From Octopus vulgaris (Eukaryota), in assembly GCA_951406725.2 (NCBI GenBank), contig OX597837.1:20150001-20214000 (forward strand): a stretch of 64,000 bases of DNA, in the 5' to 3' direction. The notes below the pieces were generated by a model that made no database searches, was not told where the DNA came from, and was given only the letters and a program-made list of their open reading frames with translations. Below, one piece after another: positions 52,795 through 64,000 of the stretch (the stretch's first letter is position 1; each line of letters opens with the position of its first letter). Position numbers and translations under genes: made by a program.

Positions 52795-53410
52795 GATTGG
52801 TATATCATTGACGGTAAGGATAGTCACGAGAATTGGTAGGTTATTAATTGTGTGTAAGGATCGGTAAGTTATTGATGGCAAGTAAGGATAGTACTAAAGA
52901 AAATTAACAGAATTGGTAGGTTATTGATGATGTGTAAGGATAGTCACAGGAATTAGTTGGTTGTGGGTAAGAATAGTCACTAAAACTGGTAGGTTATTGA
53001 TAGAGTGTAAGGATAATCTCAGGAATTGGTAGGTTATTCATGATGTGTAAGGATAGTTACAGGAATTAGTTGGTTATTGATTGCGGATAAGAATAGTCAC
53101 TAAAACTGGTAGGTTATTGATAATGTGTAAGGATAATCTCAGGAATTGGTAGGTTATTCATGATGTGTAAGGATAGACACTAAAATTGGTAGATTATAGA
53201 TGGTTGGTAAGGTTAGTCACAGAAATTAATAAGTTACTGACTGTGGGTAAGGATAGCCACAGGATTGGTTGGTTATTGATGGTGTGTAAGGACAGTCACT
53301 AGAATTTGGAGGTTATTCATGGTATGTACATATAGTCACTAGAATTGGTAAATTATCAATGTTGATAGTGTATGAGGATAGTCACAAGAATTTGTAGGTT
53401 ATTGATTGTG
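52795..53410. repeat. ~40-bp minisatellite with a 120-bp higher-order unit
   Basis: Consensus gtaaggatagtcacaggaattggtaggttattgatgatgt, about 15 units. 52981-53040 nearly equals 53101-53160. Confidence 0.9.
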
Positions 53411-55109
53411 AAATTGTATATTCAAGTTATGCTATTAGTACGCTAGTATCAGGCTTAGGTTTAAAAACCAAACGATTGAATATATAGTTTTATTTTATTT
53501 TAATTTATCGATAATAATGCTTATGAAAATGGAAAATATTTTTCTCCAAGAAAATACATTTAATCTTACTCAAAATATTTTGCCAGATTTCATATTTAAC
53601 ATTCTCAGTCGCCAAATCTATAAAACCACTTCGTGGAGTGTATTTTTTGTCAGATAAATACGTTCGTTTTTTCTTTCTTTTTTTTCATTAATTTTAATCC
53701 TTTTGTTATTTGAGTTAACAGGAAAAATATTCTTCTGGTAGTGTTTTTATGTTTATTTTTCTTTTTTCATGTGTAGCACTATTCTTTCTCTACCACTTTT
53801 AGTTAATCGTTTTTGAAATTTGACTAAATTTTACTTCTATACTGGCGTATGACAAAGGATTGCCAGAGAGAACAAAAAAAAAAAAAAGAAAGAAAAAGAA
53901 AACGAATATTCTGACAACCCCATATATCATTAAAGTAGCTTCTTTGTGGATACTTCACCTACTAGAAATAATTGTCAAATCTCTTTCAAATCGTCTGGCC
54001 TTTAGAAAATATATACATGTGAAAATTATTTGATCATCATGCCATCTTCTCAATCATGACTGATCCGGAACTAAGTACCACCACCGCCAACAACAACATC
54101 ACTGATTGCTTACATTATTTCTGTGTTAATTTAAAATTTATAAATCAAGAGGATTAAATATTTGGGATATTCCTGACCGGTAGCTATGAAGAATAACCAT
54201 GATAGAAAAACGGATGGGATAACTATTTGACATGAGGTATAACTATAAGATAGGCATATAAGAGATAATTAGGAAAGATAACTATGTGGTAAAATTATTA
54301 AGGTTCACTATGAGGAAACCATGAACGAAAAAGATATGGGTTAACTATGTGGGATGAGATATAACTGGGGGATAACTATAAGAATAACTAAGAAATATAT
54401 ATAACTATTAAAGTTAAACTTGCGAGATTCCTTTTCGTAATAATATTGCTTCCGTCGCTATTAACTAATTGTCAATAAACCTGCGGGCTATTTGCCATCA
54501 ATGTCTGAAATGGTGCTAAAATTCTAAATCTCGTAGTAGCAAGATACGACTGGCATGCACCGGCCGAACGACTCCAGTAGAATAAAATCAGGTGATATAG
54601 GACTTGCGGCACCCATGACAGATGATCCTCGTTTGCTACGGTCCATGTGTGTGCTTTTATGCGCCAAGCGCCTATATAAGACGATCCCTCAAAGCAAATA
54701 ACGCTGTATTCTGATATATACACCACGCAGAAAATCAATAGGAAAATTAGAAAAAAACATGTTTCACTAGTTTGAAACTGTTTGAAGTGAGCAGACAGAA
54801 ACGTCGGGGTGAATTTCGTGCAGATTTTGAGTAGAGGTACCAGCAAGAATCTACTTCAAATGATTTCATTTTTGGTCATTGTGGATTCGTAGCTAACAGG
54901 AAGGCAAATCTTCTTCCCACGGTAGAAAGCATAGAAACTGCCCAAAATCGCCAGTTAGCACCATATAACACGACCCTTGCTTACTAAGCAATACTCAGCT
55001 CAAGATAAAAGAGAAGACAGCAAATTACAGAATCTCCATGTCTCGTTTACGACAGGAGAGCCCACCATATATATATAAATATAAATATAAATATATATGT
55101 ATATATATA

Positions 55110-55165
<56 letters not shown>

Positions 55166-55274
55166 CACACATATATGCATACATATATATCCATATACAT
55201 ATATCTACAAACATATACAGATATGTGTGTGATTGTGTGATTGTGTATCTGTGTGTGTGCGCGTGTGCATCATC

Positions 55275-55435
55275 ATTTTTTCTCTCTCTGTTTTTTTCCC
55301 TCTTAATCCTTTCTGCCGAAGATCGTAGGCTAGAAACGTCAAGTACTTTTCCATTCTTCCCGACCGTTAAACTAATACACATGCTTGTTATTCATTCACC
55401 TGTCTTCGTCTCTTGTTTTCTATAAATTTGAACTA
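55275..55435 (+). mobile_element. short hammerhead-bearing element (motif 55309-55343)
   Basis: cttt CTGCCGA a gatc gtag gcta GAAAC GTC aag; ends on (TA)n. Confidence 0.6.
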
Positions 55436-55437
55436 TA

Positions 55438-55473
<36 letters not shown>

Positions 55474-55819
55474 TGTATGTATGTATGTATGTTTGTATGT
55501 ATGTATGTATGTATGCATGTATGTATATGCGTGTGGAGGGGCGCGTACACAAATACGTATATATATATACATATATATAACCTGTTTGTATTTATAGAAA
55601 CAATTTTACAGTGAACTCATTAATACGCGAATCTTAACTTAGAAAACTTAATACTTGATAGTGACTTCAAATTTTTAACTTTTCGAAAAGCTAAAAACAT
55701 TTATTCCGTAACACGGAATATGTTATCGAAAGTATACTAATAGACATATAAATCTACATATATACATGTGTATGTATATACATACATACATATATATTGT
55801 GTTTATGTATGTATGTACT

Positions 55820-56005
55820 ATAGATCGCTAGCCACTATACCTTTTCTATTTTCTCTCCCTGATTATTTCTGTGTTCCTTTCTGTCGAAGAGCGTAGGCTC
55901 GAAAGGTAAAAGACTTTATCACTTCCCCAGCGTTAAACTAATACATCTGTTTGTTGTCTAAATACCCGTCTTCGTCTTTTGTTTTTTTCTTTGTAAATTC
56001 TCACT
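55820..56005 (+). mobile_element. short hammerhead-bearing element (motif 55877-55912)
   Basis: cttt CTGTCGA a gagc gtag gctc GAAAG GTA aaag; ends on (TA)n. Confidence 0.65.
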
Positions 56006-56046
56006 ATATATACATATATATATATATACATATATATACATATATG

Positions 56047-56159
<113 letters not shown>

Positions 56160-56166
56160 CTATATA

Positions 56167-56553
56167 GGTGCAGGAGTGGCTGTGTGGTAAGTAGCTTGCT
56201 AACCAGCCACATGGTTCCGGGTTCAGTCCCACTGCGTGGCATCTTGGGCAAGTGTCTTCTGCTATAGCCCCGGGCCGACCAATGCCTTGTGAGTGGATCT
56301 GGTAAACGGAAACTGAAAGAAGCCTGTCGTATATATGTATATATATATATATGTATGTGTGCTTCTTTGTGTGTCTGTGTTTGTCCCCCTAGCATTGCTT
56401 GACAACCGATGTCCCCGTTACTTAGCGGTTCGGCAAAAGAGACCGATAGAATAAGTACTGGGCTTACAAAAAGAATAAGTCCCGGTGGATTAAAGGTGGT
56501 GCTCCAGCATGGGCGCAGTAAAATGACTGAAACAAGTAAAATAGTAAAAGAGT
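56167..56553 (+). mobile_element. SINE family B
   Basis: Shares private variants with 49047-49442. Confidence 0.92.
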
Positions 56554-56665
56554 ATATACATATGTATATAAGTATATATATATATATACATATATATATA
56601 TAAAAACTATACCATATACATAAACTACACCATATCCATGTGTATGTATATACATACATATATAT

Positions 56666-56711
<46 letters not shown>

Positions 56712-56716
<5 letters not shown>

Positions 56717-57024
56717 ACCGTGATCACCGTGACAGACCAGGCTATCAGATGTTGCTACACATCGCTTGTCACAATGCGCTTTGCATTGTTTTAGCTTTCA
56801 AATGACGCCACCCCGCTGGCTAAGCGAGCAGGCCAACAGAAGAAAGAGTGAGAGAAAGTTGTGGCGAAAGAGTACAGCAGGGATCGCCACCACCCCCTGC
56901 CGGAGCCTCGTGCAGTTGTAGGCATTTTCGCTCAATAAATATTCACAACGCCCGGTCTGGAAATCGAAACCGCGATCCTACGACCACGAGTCCGCTGCCT
57001 TAATCACTGGGCCATTGCGCCTCC
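56712..57024 (-). mobile_element. tRNA-derived SINE (family D) with RTE-like tail
   Basis: A-box TGGCCCAGTG, B-box GGTTTCGATTTCC and tail gtcacggtgatcacggtg. Partial copies at about 41165-41348 and 63740-63830. Confidence 0.85.
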
Positions 57025-57049
57025 ATATATATATATATATGTATATACA

Positions 57050-58260
57050 GCCATACCCTCACTCAGACACACACATCTACCTACACACACACAAACACAC
57101 ACTGACACACACCCATACATAGATACATCTACACACTCACGCCTACACACATACATACACACATACATAAACACACACACATACACATACACACACATAC
57201 GCACACACGCATATACTTATACACATGCACACACACACACATACATACACCCATATACATACACACACACATACCTACATACTCCTATACGCACATACAT
57301 ACACACAGACATACACACATACACACTCACACAAACATACACACACACATACTTACACACACACTCACCTGCACGCGCACACACATGCATGACAAACACT
57401 CATACACTCACACTCACATACGCACACACCAACATAAACACGCACACGCACACACACACCTACACTCCCACACACATACACACGCACCTACATACACACA
57501 CGCACGCATACACACGCATACACACATACATTACACACGTACACACACACCTACATACACATGCACACACACACACACACAAACATGCACGGACACACCC
57601 AGACATACATACATACACCTATATACACACGCCTACACACCTACATACACACACATATACACACGCCCACACAGCTACATACACACACATACATACACAC
57701 ATACACGGACACACCCATACATACTTACATACATACACCTATACACACACGCCTACACACCTACACACACACATGCACACACACACACATGTACGCACAT
57801 ACACACACATATACGCACACACATATATACCCACACACATGCACACACACACACATACGCACATACATGCACGCATGCACACGCGCACACCTACACGCAT
57901 ACACACACACACACGCACGTACACATACATACATACACACACGCATACATACACCCATACACATACATGCATCCTACACACACATACATACACACTCACA
58001 CATACATACACACACACGCACTCACTCACACACCTGTATGTTCGCGCACACACATGCACATACACACACTTCCCCACACCCACACGTACATACATACACA
58101 CTCATACACACATACACACACACACACACACACGGACATACATCTATGCACACACATATATACACACATACTCACATACATTCATCGGACACACTGCCAC
58201 CCAGACATACACACAGACACACTCACACATCCACACGCACACATACGTACGCGCACACTC
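57050..58260. repeat. degenerate (CA)/(CATA) low-complexity tract
   Basis: Directly visible; source of the HT-rich ORFs. Confidence 0.9.
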
Positions 58261-58934
58261 GCAGGCTCGCGCACACACGCGTTTGCGCCGGTTCGCGCAC
58301 GCATGCGCCCGCATGCACCTCGCCCTTGGATCCGACGAGACCTCCCGCCCGTTCCTGGGATGTCGCTTGTCGTTGGGTTTTCCCACGCCCGTCTCCGCGG
58401 GACCACTCCTCCATCTTCCCCTCCGCTGGAGTCCTTTTCCTAACCCCCCTTTTTTTTCGTTACACACACGCGCACACATATACACACATTGCTTAAACAT
58501 ATACATCACTCTTACACACATTCAATCTACTCGCCACTAATACTACCACGACACTGGACACACACACACACTACTACTCAACACACGCTGGCACGCTACA
58601 TACGCCCCCACCCTTCCCCTCCCTCCCTTCCTCCTTCCTCCCTTTTCTCACTACTGACCTTTGTCTGCTATGCTGCTGCTATGCTGACCACCGTCTCGCC
58701 CTACCTCACACGCCTACACACAGACGCACACACTAACACATACCTATATATTTTTTGTTTTTTTACCTCGCCTCACACACACACATACACACACGCACAC
58801 GCACACACTCACACATACACACACATCTGTTGCGTTACCAACCTTGTCTCCACTCTTTTGCCTTTAAAAACCCACTTTGCTCTTGTTATCGTAAACATCC
58901 GCCTTTCACCATGTGCTTCTGCTAACACCAGCCG

Positions 58935-59122
58935 TTTTTTTCTCTATCTCCGTTGCCCGCTCCGGGATCTTTCTTTCCTCTCTCTTCCTTCTTTATGTTT
59001 CCGACGAAGAGCTCCGCTCGAAACGTCATACCTCCCTGCTTCCATTTCCTGAGCGCCTATTAATAATAATACTGTAATTGTTCCCTTGTTGTTGTTTTTT
59101 TGTTTCCCGTTTGGATTAAAAT
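58935..59122 (+). mobile_element. short hammerhead-bearing element (motif 58997-59031)
   Basis: gttt CCGACGA a gagc tcc gctc GAAAC GTC atac; ends on (TA)n. Confidence 0.7.
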
Positions 59123-60034
59123 TATATATATATATATATATAACATAAAACTTACTTGGAAGAGGATGCGTGGCGTTCAATCATATGATAATATAACTTA
59201 CGTACGCACACACACACACATATATACATATTTACATCTATACGTATATATATATATCAGTGGTGACTCCGGCACTCAGGTTGTTCGGGCTTGGCCCGAG
59301 TATATATTTAGTAAAGTGAACGAATATTTGCAAGCTGATTAATTTCTGCCAACACTGACTTCAAGTATGTAATTACAGCCAATAACTTGGGCTCCTTTGA
59401 TTGCGACCTGGTCACAGTTCATTTATTTTCTTTCAGCGTCTGTCGGTCATCTTAGAGGTGCCTTGTGTCAAAAAATATCATTCGTAGCAGACGTTCTCTC
59501 GATATCGTTCACACGCGCCAGACTCACGCTCAGCAGTTACAGCTCGAGTTGTTAAATATATTCGTAAAAAGTTTGTTTTTTTTGAAACAATATATCTCTA
59601 TAGAGATTAGGATTTAAATTCCAATCTATGAAAAGTTTCCGTCCTACGATATTCTTAAAGGAAAGGAAAAATTGTCCAGCAGCTGGGACATACCTATACG
59701 AACGAGCTTGGTAGGTGTAAAAGACTAACTGGTATCTCTTGTCAAGAGTACAGGCGACAGTCAGATTGCTGATATTTGTGGTGCACTCCGCTGTCGTTCT
59801 TTGATTGTTGTTATTCTATGCGTCTGTTTGTAAAGATCAGTTGTGATTTGCGGGGTTGTTTTATTTTTACACTTAACTTAGGAAGGGAGAAAGACATAGT
59901 GCTAGTTATAAAAAGTAAACCATTTGGGGCTAGAAATATAGCGGCAAAACGTGAAATTCTTCGAACATGCATGTGTCTTAGGCGAAATCTGTGATGAACC
60001 TGAGTAACGCTGATGACCTGGAGTCGCTTCCATG

Positions 60035-60082
<48 letters not shown>

Positions 60083-60085
<3 letters not shown>

Positions 60086-60270
60086 AGAGAATTCACGAAA
60101 AAAACAAAAGACGAAGACAGGTGGTGTAGAAAACAAACAGATATATTAGTATAACGCTCGGGAATTGAAAGAGTTTTTAATGTTTCGAGCCTACGCTCTT
60201 CCACAGAAAGGAACACAGAAAGAAACAAGGAGAGAAAAAATGTGTGTAGTGGCTACCGATCTATCATGGC
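60083..60270 (-). mobile_element. short hammerhead-bearing element (motif 60175-60210)
   Basis: cttt CTGTGGA a gagc gtag gctc GAAAC ATT aaaa; ends on (TA)n. Confidence 0.65.
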
Positions 60271-60518
60271 GAATGCTGGACAGAAGGGTCACACAGGAGA
60301 GCGAAGAAGTTGGGGAGATAACAAAGTAGTAGTGATCCCAAAACGAAGATGCGCGTGTGTGTAAAGAGATGTTTGTATGTTTGTGTGTACACTCACACAC
60401 ACTCACGCACACACAAAATCGTATCAGCATTAAGTAGTGATGAGAAATACACGAACTTTATGTTTGTTAAAATATGTCACACTCATATTTTAACTAACTT
60501 GTGTGTGTGTGTGTGTGT

Positions 60519-60563
<45 letters not shown>

Positions 60564-61168
60564 ACTATGTTCGTCTCCTGTCTGGCCCTAAGACTTTATT
60601 TTGTTCGTTTATTCACATGAATTCGTTTGTATGCCCACAGTCTCGCTTGTTTCCTTCCATGTACACCCACTCCTTGTCTTGTTTGGGATTACATTTATTC
60701 CAACTTTCTATGTCAATTGTCTGCATCCCATTCTTGTCTGTAAATCTTCTGTCTTATTTCTTGTCTTTCGGCTCGCCAATTCCCGGCGGTCTGTGCCGTC
60801 GGCGCCACCAGTGGGGATGCAGTATTATCAGTTAGGCGCGAAATTGCGTTTGACCCGCTGGCCTGATAACTGATGAGATGTTGGCGACCACCCACGTCTG
60901 TTTCTCGTTTATTTGTGCATTCATTAGGAATGTTTAACGCATTATTTAATGCAACGCTTTGTACACCCAGAAATTTGTTTACAAGTACTACATGTGTGTG
61001 TGTGTGTGTATGAATGTATGTATACATTATATCATATATTATATATATGTGTGTGTGTATATATGTATATGTGTACATATATATGTATTTATATATGTAA
61101 ATGTATGCATATACATATATATGTGTTTGTGTGTGCGCAAGCATATATATATATATATACACACACAC

Positions 61169-61255
<87 letters not shown>

Positions 61256-61256
<1 letters not shown>

Positions 61257-61460
61257 CGGGAAGCTTTATGAAAATAAACAAAAGACGAAGGAAGGTGGAA
61301 TACAAACAAACAATTGTATTAGTATGGCGCTCAGGAATATAAATAAAACAAGTCTTTTACGTTTCGAGCCTACGCTCTTCAACAGAAAGATACACAGAAA
61401 AGAAACACGGAAAGAAACAAGGAGAGAAAAAAATGCGTGCAGAGGCTAACGAATCAACAT
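61256..61460 (-). mobile_element. short hammerhead-bearing element (motif 61354-61389)
   Basis: cttt CTGTTGA a gagc gtag gctc GAAAC GTA aaag, all stems perfect; ends on (TA)n. Confidence 0.72.
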
Positions 61461-61465
61461 AACAT

Positions 61466-61498
<33 letters not shown>

Positions 61499-61961
61499 TA
61501 TATGTAAAGAGAAAAAGAGAGAGAGGGGTAGAGAAAGAGGGAAAAAGGTAGGGAACGGATGTAGACAAATTCAAAAATAATCCACGGTAATTAAGATCCC
61601 AATAAAAACCAGGCCGTTTAAATCCAACTCGATATTACATTGCAATGAAAACAATTGGGACCGGTTATTCATAATCGGTGAGAAAGATCTGGGATACATA
61701 ATTGATCAAATTAAATTAACTTAATTTGAATTGCATTTGAAGGTTAAGTTTTCCCAAATCATTTGGAATAATGTTATGATAACTGACATTCCTGATGATT
61801 TTGGTGAAAAAAGGTTTGAATTAGTTTAATTAAAAATTTGATTAATTGAAATTAATGAATTACTATAATTATGTAATCATGCATTTATTGATGTCTATCT
61901 TAATGAACCAGCTGTTGAACACAATGTATGAACTATATGTTGAATTTATGCATTTTTGCTG

Positions 61962-62154
<193 letters not shown>

Positions 62155-62223
62155 CACGCACATACCTATATGTATACATATACATACATACATATATATA
62201 TACATATATGTGCACATATACAT

Positions 62224-62259
<36 letters not shown>

Positions 62260-62261
62260 AC

Positions 62262-62318
<57 letters not shown>

Positions 62319-62319
<1 letters not shown>

Positions 62320-63122
62320 TGGGTCAGCACATAAATACTGCGGTTTTTTATACTTCTTTAATTTTTTCAAAATTAAATTAAAATTCGTTTTTACTCTAAA
62401 ATGTAATCTCCTTCATTTTCTACAATGCTTTTCCATATATCTGGTAGATTTCGAAGACTGCGGAATAAATGATAATCAGATGTCCTGCGAATATGGTGGG
62501 TGGGTGGGGCATCATTTCCCATTCAAACTGCTTCAGCCTTTGGAATGTCATCCTCACTGCATGTGAACGAACATGTGGATGGAAGAACACCTTTTGTCCT
62601 GAAACCGAAGATGGTCGTGTTCTTCCTAGCGCTGACTTGAATGACTGTTTGTATTACCAATTCCAAGCTTCTCTGCTAGTTCCTCAACAGTTACGATGGG
62701 ATTTTTTCCATCAAGTTTTGCAGGAGGTCCGCCGAAATCTACAAATCTTCCAGTACAAGGCTCGTCTTCTAGGCTGTAGTCTCGGCTCAGAATTTTTGGA
62801 AGCACCGTTGACACTGGCTTACGTTTATTGTCCGATCCCCATATACTGCATTAATAGTCGTCGCACTTTCCGTTGCGTTGTTGCCTTTATTGAACTCATA
62901 AAGCAAAATATGCCGAAAATGTTCTTTTGTGACTTCCGTTATAGTTTTGAAAAAATAACTGATAAAATCGAACTGCACTCTTCAAAACTTGCACTAAGAA
63001 TAAGGTCAAGGTAAAATTACTTCCTGCTTTTATAGCCAGTTGATGCAGATAGTTTATCCCATCCCCCTCCGACTTTTAGTCCATGCAATTGAAAAAACCG
63101 CATTATTTATGGCATGGCCCAA
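62319..63122 (-). mobile_element. internally deleted mariner
   Basis: TA TSD and TIRs ttgggtcagcacataaatactgcggttttt / ttgggccatgccataaataatgcggttttt. Reads EVTKEHFRHILLYEFNKGNNATES, SLEDEPCTGR and WEMMPHPPYSQDI. Confidence 0.9.
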
Positions 63123-63355
63123 TATATATTTTGGGTCATGCCATAAATATGTACGTATGTATTTTTTTCTGTTTTTAATTATTTAAATTCATCTTCTGAG
63201 AAGGATTTGCTTTCTAACAGATATAATCCTCCATCCTTGAAATGCAGACCCGTCTTTTTCTCCCCTGTCCTTCTAATTGTTGTTTCTCCTGTCCGCCTTT
63301 GTATCGTCTATCTGTCCGAATATTTTATTGTCTTCTATTGCGTTTTTGTTCCATT

Positions 63356-63426
<71 letters not shown>

Positions 63427-64000
63427 AATAATTGAAATTCAATTGAAATAAGTACTTAAACTGATATAATATTTTCATTGATCACTTAAATGCATTGATA
63501 CCTGGACAACCTTGTTACTTATTATATATATATATACTCACTCTCATAAACACACACACGCATATATCAAGGACTCTCCTGCCTTTAGGCGACATTTGAG
63601 GTTTCTTCAATTTCTTACTGAACAACCACACAGATGATTTGCTTTCAGTGATCAAATGTTTGTGCTCACGTAAGCTCCCTCCATCTAATCGATATTACCT
63701 GTACAGATGCGCGACAGGCCACAAGTCAGGTGACGAAATGATTGCAGAATAGCGTGAACTGAAGTGCCCTGTTCAAAGCAACATCCGGTCTGGAAATCGA
63801 AACCACTATCTCGCAATCGCGAAGGTCATGCCTCTTCAGACACGCGTGTGTGCACACATATATGTCTTTTTTCTTTTTTTTTTTTTTTCGTTTCTCTTTC
63901 GTTTCTAGTTTTTTCAACCTTCCACCTTTTGTATCTAGTTTCTCAGCCTTTTCATGTATTTTCTCTTATTTTATCGTCCTGGAGATTGCCTGAAGTTACC

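Noticed and set aside
52795-53410. CRISPR-like periodicity
   Set aside because: Units are contiguous degenerate monomers with no unique spacers, the context is eukaryotic, and there are no cas genes.
59259-60030. Possible TIR element (gactccgg..actcaggtt / aacctgagt..ctggagtc)
   Set aside because: The inverted match is short and interrupted, with no TSD or transposase remnant.

Overview
Repeat-saturated, AT-rich eukaryotic DNA, most likely intergenic or deep-intronic sequence from an octopus (Octopodidae). That assignment is inferred from the tRNA-derived SINE families and the extreme (TA)n/(CA)n/(TATG)n/(TAA)n microsatellite load. Nearly all ORF-track entries are microsatellite artefacts. 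The recognisable coding sequence is decayed transposon. It comprises an R4/Dong-clade RLE LINE in a (TAA)n array, adjacent Tc1 DD36E and maT-like DD37D elements, two mariners, a FLYWCH-MULE with a nested hAT MITE, RTE fragments and a Helitron end. No host gene is securely identified; two weak minus-strand exon candidates lie in the first 2 kb. The most striking signal is about 15 minimal type I hammerhead-ribozyme motifs from several distinct families. They sit in short ORF-less elements, often as inverted pairs and often ending on (TA)n, consistent with Penelope-like pseudo-LTRs or retrozyme-like elements. Several carry family-consistent variant cores (CUGUNGA, CCGACGA, UUGAAAA). Other points of interest are a twin-primed 5'-inverted RTE insertion with TSD, a ~550-bp TAA-targeting non-coding element, a long miRNA-like hairpin and several local templated or inverted duplications. 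All structures were read by eye, not computed.
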